19,619 bases of DNA from Octopus sinensis (lineage: Eukaryota), in NCBI RefSeq assembly GCF_006345805.1, contig NW_021824179.1, positions 1 to 19,619 of the forward strand, written 5' to 3'. Positions 1-8,500 of the stretch are shown here, one piece after another. Position numbers and translations under genes: made by a program. Each line of letters begins with the position of its first letter. Position 1 is the first letter of the stretch. The notes beneath the pieces were generated by a model, which searched no databases, had not been told where the DNA came from, and was given only the letters and a program-made list of their open reading frames with translations.

Positions 1-408
1 CACGGAGACATTTCACATCCAGCTGTGTTTTGGCAATAGTTTAACGCCTCCGGGTGTTGACCATGCACCTGTATATGCACGTACAGGCCTAGGTAAAAGT
101 TTTTGAGGAAGACAAACAGTTATTGGTTCATGCAAGTTCTTCTCTTCCTGCCACTGATGTTTATCGAAGAGAAAGATCACTAGCTTGCACCGATATAGTT
201 TGGCCCCAGTATTGTTACAGGCATTGGCTATCAGAACCCAAAGAGAGGTACTGCAAAACAGCTCACCAGTTTCTATAACTTTTCCGCCAACCCGACACCC
301 TGAACTGGTACTTTGTGCGTATATGTGTGTGTATATGTCTGTTTATATGTGTTCGTATATGGGTATACATCCACATGTTTTGTCCCGCTATTTGTTTGAC
401 GTTCTTTG

Positions 409-411
<3 letters not shown>

Positions 412-450
<39 letters not shown>

Positions 451-492
451 CTCTCACTATATATATATATTTATATATATATATATATATAT
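412..492. repeat. (CT)n followed by (TA)n microsatellite
   Basis: Direct reading: ctctct... 412-447, then tatata... 457-492. Confidence 0.97.
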
Positions 493-521
493 AGCTTGCT
501 TACAAAGGGGTCTAATGCTCT

Positions 522-702
522 TAGCTTAGAGTTTTGGGGGGACAACCAGATCGAGCCATCTCTAGTGTAACTGTCCGAAATGGTCGTGACTTCTGGTACT
601 TGACTGATGAAAGAAAGCTAAGAATGACCCGTCTTTTTTTGCCTGTCCTTCTAATTGTTGTTTCCCTTGACCGCTTTTTGTCGTCTATCTGTCCGAACGT
701 TT
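522..702 (+). mobile_element. Short interspersed repeat remnant, tentatively a Penelope-like terminal repeat piece
   Basis: Flanked by the 9-bp direct repeat taatgctct (513-521, 703-711). Contains ctgtccgaa twice and CTGATGA/CCGAAA motifs typical of Penelope terminal repeats. Family assignment is from recall only. Confidence 0.35.
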
Positions 703-731
703 TAATGCTCTCTATTGCATTTTTGTTCCGT

Positions 732-1205
<474 letters not shown>

Positions 1206-1228
1206 TTATGGCGACAAAATCAGCGGAG

Positions 1229-1540
1229 CGTCGAACAAATGGTTTGCAGCAACATCCTATCCTTAAAATTGCTATCCTTGTACCTAAATTGGAAGTATAG
1301 GAGAGAGGGTTCATACCTTTAGTAATCAGGCTAATCTTGGATCTGTGGATTTCCTTGATTGCTGCACCTTCTCCTGTATCAAGAGGACTGCATCACTCAT
1401 GTTATCACATAATTTGTCTACTATGTATATTATGTATGCATTTCACTGTCTTTTCCATTTCCTTTACGTAAATCCCCACACAAATTGTCTGTCCTTGTGA
1501 TGTCCCCCTTATCTATGCCCCTGTGGCTAATAAAAGAAAT
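1229..1540 (+). mobile_element. Degraded 3' end of a CR1/L2/Jockey-group LINE (ORF2 C-terminus plus 3' UTR)
   Basis: The frame from 1229 reads [42 protein letters not shown], resembling the RxTR..HP..SFIP..IRLWNSL C-terminal motif of this group. One in-frame stop at 1298-1300. Ends in aaagaaat followed by (ATT)n. Confidence 0.5.
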
Positions 1541-1542
1541 TA

Positions 1543-1593
<51 letters not shown>
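1543..1593. repeat. (ATT)n microsatellite, probable LINE tail
   Basis: Direct reading. Confidence 0.95.
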
Positions 1594-1595
<2 letters not shown>

Positions 1596-1786
1596 AAGAA
1601 TGAAAAGTTTTCAATGGTACAACAATGCACTATGATACAAACAATGGACTATATACCTCTTGTAATTTAGTCATCCATAGTTTGATAATATTTCGGAATA
1701 AGGATGACTAAATTACAACAGGTATACACAGCCCATTGTCTGTATTATAGTGCATTGTTGTGTCATTCAAAACATTTTATTCTTTA
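1594..1786. mobile_element. 193-bp foldback/MITE-like palindromic element
   Basis: Arms 1594-1676 and 1702-1786 are reverse complements (73 matches, 10 mismatches, 2-nt gap by manual alignment) around a 25-nt spacer. TA at both outer ends. Confidence 0.75.
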
Positions 1787-1827
1787 CAAACAATACACAA
1801 TGCTTCAAGCGAACTACAATACTCTCC

Positions 1828-1835
1828 TATTATTA

Positions 1836-1895
<60 letters not shown>

Positions 1896-1937
1896 TTGAG
1901 TGAGAGAGCAGTTCATGCCATCAAATATTACTATTAC

Positions 1938-2010
<73 letters not shown>
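1828..2010. repeat. (ATT)n array interrupted by a 30-bp unique island at about 1895-1924
   Basis: Direct reading. Confidence 0.95.
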
Positions 2011-2012
<2 letters not shown>

Positions 2013-2226
2013 AACGGCGAGTGGCAGAATCGTTAGCACGCCGGACAAAATGCTTAGCGTTATTTCGTCTGCCTCTACACTCTGAGTTCAAATTCCACTG
2101 AGGTTGACTTTCATTCTTTCATCCTTTCGAGATCGATAAATTAAGTACCAGTCAAGTAGTGGAGTCGATGTGATCGACTTATCCCTCACTCAAAATTTCA
2201 GCTCTTGTGCCTATAGTAGAAAAGAT
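2013..2226 (+). mobile_element. tRNA-derived SINE, family A (Meta-domain-like core), tail type 2
   Basis: A-box-like TGGCAGAATCG, B-box-like GAGTTCAAATTCC and core ctttcatcctttcgagatcgataaattaagtaccag. Homologous to the copies at 6668, 6899, 7131, 18211 and 19469. The Meta-domain label is from recall. Confidence 0.9.
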
Positions 2227-3008
2227 TTTATTATTGTTGTTATCGTTGTTGTTGTGGCTGTTGTTGTTGTTGTTGCATGTGTTCTTTGCACAAACGAGGA
2301 CATCAGTGGATTCTTCGTCCATTTACAGTTATGGCTGTTATTAAAAAAAAATATTTATTGTATTCATATCAATTTACAGCTAAGATCTTTCTAATTTGAT
2401 TATCTTTTCCACTTTGCACGTGTATGCAAATTTTCAATCCCCTCACCTCCTCCTTCCCCCTTTCTCATTATAGTCTTTCTAACTCACATATTATTAAGGG
2501 AATTGTTTTAACTTTCAAACCACATATTCCGAATATGTCCATATTGTTTTTGGTTTTGGTTTAGTCTTAACGTTTAAATTTAGATATAAAATTTCTCTAA
2601 TTTTTTAATTTTTTTTTTATCTTTTTACAAAAATGCATTTTTGTGCGCTGAAAAATTAAAATTGATGTCTACCAGGGGACATGTTATATTTAACGATCTT
2701 TCATAACGTCGTCAAACTGCTTTAAACTCCCGTTTCCATGTTTCAGCGAAATCACCCGAGCAAACTAAGCGGATAATATTAAAGTTTCCAGCGAAAGATT
2801 TTTGCAGTTCGTTATTTGCCCCACCTCACTCGCCTCCAACACCGCGCTAGAAACATGGACGAGATGTTTGTCAAATGATTCATTATACCTGACTTTAAAT
2901 AAACTTACTTGAAGTAACACTACCGCCGCATACAGCAGCGGTAGCAGTAGATATTTGACGAATGTTTCACTACTCTACGGTTGTGAGTTCAATCCACGAA
3001 TAATAGCT

Positions 3009-3115
3009 GAATCATATTGTCTTAATGTCTTATATTATCTGACACACTCACCGGTTAGATTTTTCTACTCTTTTATTAACAAGGATACAAAAATAGCAAA
3101 TATTTTGGATGAATA
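3009..3115 (+). mobile_element. Left arm plus interior of a MITE-like inverted-repeat element
   Basis: 3009-3060 is the reverse complement of 4022-4071 (43/52 by eye). 3044-3115 is directly repeated at about 3926-3995. Confidence 0.6.
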
Positions 3116-3198
3116 TATATATATATATGTATATATAATATATATATATATATATAATATATATATAATATATATATATATATATTATATATATATAC
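3113..3198. repeat. (TA)n microsatellite, imperfect
   Basis: Direct reading. Confidence 0.95.
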
Positions 3199-3200
3199 AT

Positions 3201-3815
3201 ATAACTTAGAATAACTTAGAAAGGTTTTTGGCCAGTATTGGCCCAGGCCATGTCTAACTTAATAGCACCACCTGGCGAAGTCTTTCATTCAGTTCAGGAT
3301 TTGGGCACCAAGGCCCATTCGAGCAGAGAGTTATTGTTTGCGGAGACATATCCGGGTGTGGGTGGTTTGTCCGGTACTGTTTGAAGGAATTTGTCCCAAG
3401 ACCTTCTTGAATTTTGTGTGGTCAGTGTTCTTTTTTGACGTGTCCTGGTGTAATGTTGAAGAGAGCGGGTCCAATTGAGGTGAAATAGTTGTGCCCGTAT
3501 TGTCGTTATGTGATGCGATTTAGATTTTTGTTGTGGACGATGGCACGTGGTCCAAGCCTTGGATGCATTTTGAAGGTGATGCCAACATCATTCGGACAGT
3601 GCTGATGGAATATTTTCCACATCATACAGATAATGTAGCGTTCACGGCGTCGTTGGAGTGAATACAATTTCAGCTTCTCTAGTCTACCCCAGTAGTCAAG
3701 GTCTGACATGCCATCTATCTTTTTTGTGATTGACCTTTGGGGAGCTTCAATTCTCATAATATTTTGTTTTTGTGTAGGGAGACCACAGTGGACAGCAGTA
3801 TTCAAGGTGGGGTCG
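3201..3815 (-). mobile_element. 5'-truncated CR1-clade LINE, ORF2 C-terminus and 3' end, frameshifted
   Basis: The minus strand gives RPHLEYCCPLWSP, IEAPQRSITKKIDGMSDLDYWGRLEKLKLYSLQRRRERYII, HNYFTSIGPALFNI and DKFLQTVPDKPPTPGYVSANNNSLLEWA in shifting frames. The 3' end has a tandem 10-bp repeat (ataacttaga x2, 3201-3220). Confidence 0.9.
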
Positions 3816-3858
<43 letters not shown>

Positions 3859-3923
3859 TTTGTTTCTGTATTTGGCTTACGATATTCTTTATGTGAACTC
3901 GTGTGTTGTTATACTCACCGCTA

Positions 3924-4071
3924 ATTCACTCAACGGTTAGATTTCATCTCATTTATTGACAAGGATGCAAAAGCAACGAAAGTTTTGGAAGAATAAAAAT
4001 ATAAATAATAAATGAGTGGAAATCGAACCGGTGCGTGTGTTAGATAATAAGGCATTAACACAACATGACTC
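3924..4071 (+). mobile_element. Second copy of the MITE-like element (interior plus right arm)
   Basis: Direct homology to 3044-3115 and inverted homology to 3009-3060. Confidence 0.6.
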
Positions 4072-4091
4072 GCCTCAGACACAACAAAATT

Positions 4092-4358
4092 ATCTTTTAT
4101 CGTTTTTCTATTATTTGTTTCAGTCATTTGACTGCAGCCCTGTTGAGGCACCATCTTGAAGGGTTTTAGTCGAACAAATCGACCCCAGAACTTATTATTT
4201 TTTTGAAGCCTAGTACTTATTGTATCGGTATCTTTTACCGAACCGCTATTTTACGGGGACGTAAACACATCAGCACCGGTTATCAAGCGATGGAGGGGGT
4301 CAAACACAGATACTGACACACACCAAGATACACACACACTCACATACACACACACACA
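4092..4358 (-). mobile_element. SINE family B, 3' half only
   Basis: Matches the 3' half of the copies at 7691 and 16706 (ggtgtgtttacgtccccgtaa ... aaatgactgaaacaa). It starts within a (GT)-rich tract. Confidence 0.88.
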
Positions 4359-4442
4359 TAGGGGAGAATTCACACAAAAAAAAACAAAAGACGAAGACAG
4401 GTGGTGTAGACAACAAACAGATATATTAGTTTAACGCTCGGA
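4359..4442 (-). mobile_element. Fragment of the same Penelope-like repeat as 11221-11410
   Basis: aaacaaaagacgaagacaggtggtgtagacaacaaacagatatattagtttaacgctcgg aligns with 11238-11296. Confidence 0.7.
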
Positions 4443-4586
4443 TATATATATATAATATCTGACTTGAAACCTTCTATAATAGTTCACTGCGTAACATTTT
4501 TTTCAATATTCACCAGAGAGAGGAAGACTTACCGTCTCTGATTGCCAAAAGAAGGTGGCGCGCCGATTCTCATTCAGTCACGTGAT

Positions 4587-5170
4587 CATCATCATCATTG
4601 TTCGACTGTGGTCGAGACAATGGATTTTACCATGCTACGCCAGACTTCACGGTCCATCATGGCATTACGAGGTCCTGTTGCTGGATGCCTGTATCCCTGA
4701 GATTACATCATCAGGTGGAGAGTGTGCGCCCTCTGGTATTGCGAGTAGATGGCTTCCAGAGGAGAAGAGTAGAAATTGCCTCGTTTTCAGCTCTACAACA
4801 ATGTCCAGCAAACTGGACTCTCCTACCTTTCACAAGAGATGACACAGGTGGTAGTTTCCCATATATTTGCATTTTGGTTGGATGGCGCTTCCACGAGAGA
4901 TTTTGAGCTCTCATAAGGAGGCGAGTGTAGGTTCCATCCAACCGCCTCTCAAGTTTCTTTGATAATGTCCAGGTTTCTGAGCCATATAGTAGAATTGGTT
5001 CGACTGTGGCTTTGAATATTTCAAGTTTGAAGTCTCTACTTAGATTTGATGACCAGATCTTATGCATGTCATTACAGGCTGACCAGGCCATACCCTTTCT
5101 AGTTAGAAAGTCTTTTCCAGATGATGATATGTATGACCCAAGATATTTATAATCAGAAACCATATTTAAG
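4587..5170 (-). mobile_element. 5'-truncated RTE-clade LINE (RT C-terminal region and 3' end)
   Basis: ORF 4711..5163 contains YKYLGSYI, PILLYGSETWTL and RRVQFAGHC. A shifted frame continues toward MMDREVWRSMV. (TGA)n tail at 4587-4598. An 11-bp direct repeat agtcacgtgat lies at 4576-4586 and 5207-5217. Confidence 0.92.
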
Positions 5171-5206
5171 GGCGCATTGTTGAGAGTATGGATAGTATAC
5201 TATAGA

Positions 5207-5350
5207 AGTCACGTGATAGTACACCATAGAAGTGATGAAGGATTTAACGGCTTTCACTTTACCTTTTAAGAAGTACTTATTCTCAGTCCATTTCTGAATG
5301 AGAATGGCCACCTTGCACGCAACGTCTTTCCTGTTCTTCTCCAACCAAGA
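5207..5350 (-). mobile_element. Tx1/L1-like LINE ORF2 fragment (post-RT region), copy 1, target of the RTE insertion
   Basis: Reads LEKNRKDVACKVAILIQKWTENKYFLKGKVKAVKSFITSMVYYHVT. Beyond the RTE, 4533-4575 reads LNENRRATFFWQS, resembling the following F.FFW motif of Tx1/L1. Confidence 0.7.
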
Positions 5351-5439
5351 AGTCCAGTCCGAACATTTGAACTCACAGGATGGCATCACTTCTCCTTCTA
5401 CTCACATTTCCTTTTCCAATACTAGACGAAAAAGTTGGT

Positions 5440-5700
5440 GAAAGCTTGACCAGAAAAGGAAAATGCCTGTCTTCAAACATTTCAGACGCGTCCATTAAAT
5501 CATGTCTTTTACCATAGCCATCAAGGAAAGGACACCACAAAGACAGTGTAGGCGTTAGCAACTTCCGCTCTTCCTTTCAAGAACAACTTCCTATTGACTC
5601 TTTTCTGTGTAAAAATGGCCACCCTGCTCGCAACTTTTCACTTCTTATCAACCAACAAATCCCCGAGCAACATAACAGGTCTCTCGGCCCAGCGACAGGT
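5440..5700 (-). mobile_element. Tx1/L1-like LINE ORF2 fragment, copy 2 of the same segment
   Basis: Reads RWAERPVMLLG ... KVASRVAIFTQKRVNRKLFLKGRAEVANAYT. DNA is homologous to 5207-5350 at an offset of about 311 bp. Confidence 0.7.
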
Positions 5701-5829
5701 ATGTTAAATATGTTTTACCATAGCACATTTTCCTTTGACGGATCTTTAGTGATGAGTAAATCAAGATTAGGTGCCTGGCATCAGGAATGTTGTTAGGTAC
5801 TCACATTTCTCTACGAGTCGAGCTATGTC

Positions 5830-6400
5830 TATTTTTTCATTGAATAGAAGGATAGTAGTGGACGAGAAGAACGATGATCTCGGAGATAATAATGAACGCC
5901 GACGTAAGATAATTGAGCAATACATACCAAAGCACCACATCTCAAAGTCTAAAGAAAACTTCCAGAAATCCCTGTCTATACAGTGCTACCGGGAGGTACA
6001 AAAGTAGCGTCAGTTGGGGCTTTCCAAGATGCGAGTAAAGTGATAAAATCGTTCCGCAGGAACTCATCCAGCATGTGAACATTGCTGATCTGTGGAGTAA
6101 TATAGGACCACTGATATCCCGTGTAGAACGGACCTGGCTATCAGCTGAATCCATCGTCAGAAGCAACTTTCTTTAGCTAGGAAGTCAGACAGTTTTCCCC
6201 TTCCTGGTGGCCAAAATGTAAGTGAATGTGTAGTGAAGAAGATTAAAAGAACTGAGGACATACATTTTCTGCTTCGGCCAATCTCTCAACAACTTTTGCA
6301 AGTATCACTCGAAGATGTAGTGAATGTGGAGTGTTCTGAAAGATGAGTGAAACTGACTTGTATAACCCGTGTAAATGAATTTACTTTGAGGGTGCGCATG
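5830..6400 (+). mobile_element. Tx1/L1-like LINE ORF2 C-terminal (zf-RVT-like) fragment, heavily degraded
   Basis: Reads NFQKSLSIQCYR, NIADLWSNIGPLISRVERTWLSAESIV and FGQSLNNFCKYH. 6160-6390 is homologous to 11692-11937. Confidence 0.75.
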
Positions 6401-6540
6401 TGGGCAGGAGAACACAGCTGATTTTCCCCAAGTGCCTCTATCCCCAAACGCATGTTTTTCATCATATATGTTCGTATTGTTATTCGTGGGACCATATTGC
6501 TCTATCAGAGTCGTTAGAGCTTCCGGCAAAAATAGATGTC

Positions 6541-6560
6541 CATGGGCCAAAATTTGAAAC

Positions 6561-6626
<66 letters not shown>

Positions 6627-6666
6627 CATTATTATTATTATCATTATTATTATTATTATTATTATT
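6541..6666 (+). repeat. About 20-bp SINE tail stub (gccaaaatttgaaacc) followed by about 105 bp (ATT)n
   Basis: The stub matches the 3' end of the copy at 7131-7253. Confidence 0.75.
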
Positions 6667-6667
6667 T

Positions 6668-6898
6668 AAGGCGGCGAGCTGGCGGAAACGTTAGCACGCC
6701 GGGCGAAATGCTTAGCAGTATTTCGTCTGCCTCTACGTTCTGAGTTCAAATTCCGCCGAGGTCGACTTTGCTTTTCTTCCTTTCGGGGTCGATTAAATAA
6801 GTACCTGTTACGCACTGGGGTCGATATATTCGACTTAATCCCTTTGTCTGTCCTTGTTTGTCCTCTGTATTTAACCCCTTGTGGGTAGTAAAGAAATA
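6668..6898 (+). mobile_element. SINE family A, head plus core plus tail type 1
   Basis: Head aaggcggcgagctggcggaaacgttagc, B box GAGTTCAAATTCC, shared core, and a tail ending gtagtaaagaaata. Confidence 0.93.
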
Positions 6899-7065
6899 GG
6901 TATTTCGTCTGTCTTCATGCTCTGAGTTCAAATTCTGTCGCGGTCGACTTTGCCTTTCATCCTTTCGGGGTCGATAAATTAAGTACCAGTTACGCACTGG
7001 AGTCGATGTAATCGACTAGTCCCCTCCCACTAAATTTGAGGCTTTGTGCCTCCAGTAGAAAGGAC

Positions 7066-7066
<1 letters not shown>
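6899..7066 (+). mobile_element. SINE family A, headless body with tail type 2
   Basis: Starts at ggtatttcgtctg, about 50 nt into the consensus. The tail matches the 2013 copy. Followed by (ATT)n 7068-7119. Confidence 0.9.
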
Positions 7067-7121
<55 letters not shown>

Positions 7122-7130
7122 CATTATACT

Positions 7131-7253
7131 GGTCGACTTCGCCTTTCATCATTTCGGACTCGATAAAATAATTACCAGTTGAACACTGGGGTCGATGTAA
7201 TCGACATGCCCTCACCACCTGAAATTGCTGGCCTTGAGCCAAAATTTGAAATC
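7131..7253 (+). mobile_element. SINE family A, 5'-truncated, tail type 3
   Basis: ggtcgacttcgcctttcatc ... ggggtcgatgtaatcgac ... gccaaaatttgaaatc, followed by (ATT)-like repeats. Confidence 0.88.
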
Positions 7254-7690
7254 ATCATTATTATTGTTATTGTAACTGTTGTTGTTGTTGTATTTACTTA
7301 TTTATTTATTCGCAAAAATCATTCAGATTTGAAGTAAAGATAAATTTCAACAATATTTAAAGAACAATTATAGTAAATCATTATTCCAATTGTAAAAAAA
7401 AAAAAAAGAAAAAATGAAATATAATGTCTTTCACCCTTTAATCAATAACAACATCGATACTAATAATAGCCAGTCATGACAAATTATTTATTCAGATTGT
7501 TTTGACGAATAAATATTAATAATAACAGAAAATAAACAGCAATGATGACGTCATCGACAACGGAAACCGACGCAAACAACAATGGACGACACAAAAGTCG
7601 CTTAGTGAAAAAGGAACCAAAACAATTAAACAATCACAAATTCTCGTAAAACAACGAGTACTATATGTGTGTGTGTATATATATATATAT

Positions 7691-7853
7691 AGGCGCAGGA
7701 GTGGCTGTGTGGTAAGAAGTTTACTTCCCAACCACATGCTTCCGGGTTCAGTCCTACAGCGTGGCACCTTAAGCAAGTATCTTCTGCTATATCCTCGGGC
7801 CGACCAAAGCCTTGTGAGTGGATTTAGTAGACGGAGACTGAAAGAAGTCCGTC

Positions 7854-7919
<66 letters not shown>

Positions 7920-8060
7920 GTATGTATATGTTTGTGTGTGTCTGTGTTTGTCCCCCCTCCATCGTTTTGACAACCGATCTTGGTGTGTTTACATCTCCGT
8001 AACTTACCGGTTCGGCAAAAGAGACTGCGTGGCTAAATACGAGGTTTATAAATAAGTACT
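7691..8060 (+). mobile_element. SINE family B (tRNA head plus CORE-like domain, internal microsatellite, 3' end truncated); tentatively octopus OR2-like
   Basis: A box TGGCTGTGTGG, B box GGTTCAGTCC, CORE-like ggcaccttaagcaagtatctt, internal (TA)n 7856-7912, then the family-B 3' half. The family name is from recall. Confidence 0.9.
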
Positions 8061-8185
8061 TAGGTTCATATAAACATAACATATATATATTAGATACAGA
8101 AATAATTTATTCTCAAACGCATGATAATGCTAATACAATAGCCTGAACAGGATAAATTATCGATATATTCCAGAAAATTCGTTAC

Positions 8186-8259
8186 CGGCCAGCCATGAGA
8201 CTCGAACACGCATCTCTGTGATTACGCGTCAAGTGCTATACCTTTAAGCTAAACTGCCC
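8186..8259 (-). pseudogene. Degenerate tRNA-like sequence (Thr-CGT-like anticodon) or SINE head
   Basis: 74 nt GGGCAGT...GCTGGCCG with 6/7 acceptor pairs, A box TAGCTTAAAGG, anticodon arm TGA-CGCGTAA-TCA and B box GTTCGAGTC. G at position 33 and a poorly paired T stem argue against a functional tRNA. Confidence 0.6.
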
Positions 8260-8287
8260 AGTAACTAATTGTTCTGCAATTTTAGGA

Positions 8288-8500
8288 TTTATAAATCTAG
8301 CTTTAAAGACGCTAACATTAAATTCAACTTTCACGTTTCTAAAAAGGTGATGACTATCTAAAAAGATGAAGCAAGAGAGGAACACCCCAAACGACTGAAT
8401 TCTGATGAATTGCAAGCTACTGTTGATGAAAATCCAACCATCACAACTAAGGCTTGGTAAAAGGGTGGAAGATGGTGTAGTGGTCCTCGTAGCTAAATAG
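8288..8500 (+). mobile_element. Mariner-type transposase N-terminal HTH remnant
   Basis: Shifting frames read RF*KGDDYL / DEAREEHPKRLNSDELQATVDENPTITTK, resembling mariner RFxxGDxSLEDExRxGRP...ENPxxTTRELA. A degraded WVPHEL-like tggtcctcgtagctaaat lies near 8480-8500. Confidence 0.65.

Noticed and set aside
571-625. CCGAAA...GTC...CTGATGA as a type II hammerhead
   Set aside because: I could not form stem I or stem II, so the motifs alone are insufficient.
4531-4575. Minus-strand exon-like LNENRRATFFWQSET with a perfect GTAAGT donor, reminiscent of laminin/netrin WQS motifs
   Set aside because: An in-frame TGA lies directly upstream and there is no acceptor. The segment follows the RTE TSD and fits the Tx1 F.FFW continuation better.
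4711-5163. 150-aa ORF as a host gene
   Set aside because: It is a 5'-truncated, frameshifted RTE ORF2 fragment.
7542-7649. 35-codon ORF (MMTSSTTETDANNNG...) with the 12-bp palindrome gatgacgtcatc
   Set aside because: Short, in low-complexity GAT/GAC/AAC context, with no splice or homology support.
7516-8082. 188-aa minus ORF and overlapping 111-aa plus ORF
   Set aside because: They span a SINE and its internal (TA)n. The similar ORFs at 16821-17333 arise from another copy of the same SINE.
8186-8259. Functional tRNA-Thr(CGT) gene
   Set aside because: G33, a 3-bp anticodon stem and a broken T stem. Kept only as a tRNA-like pseudogene.
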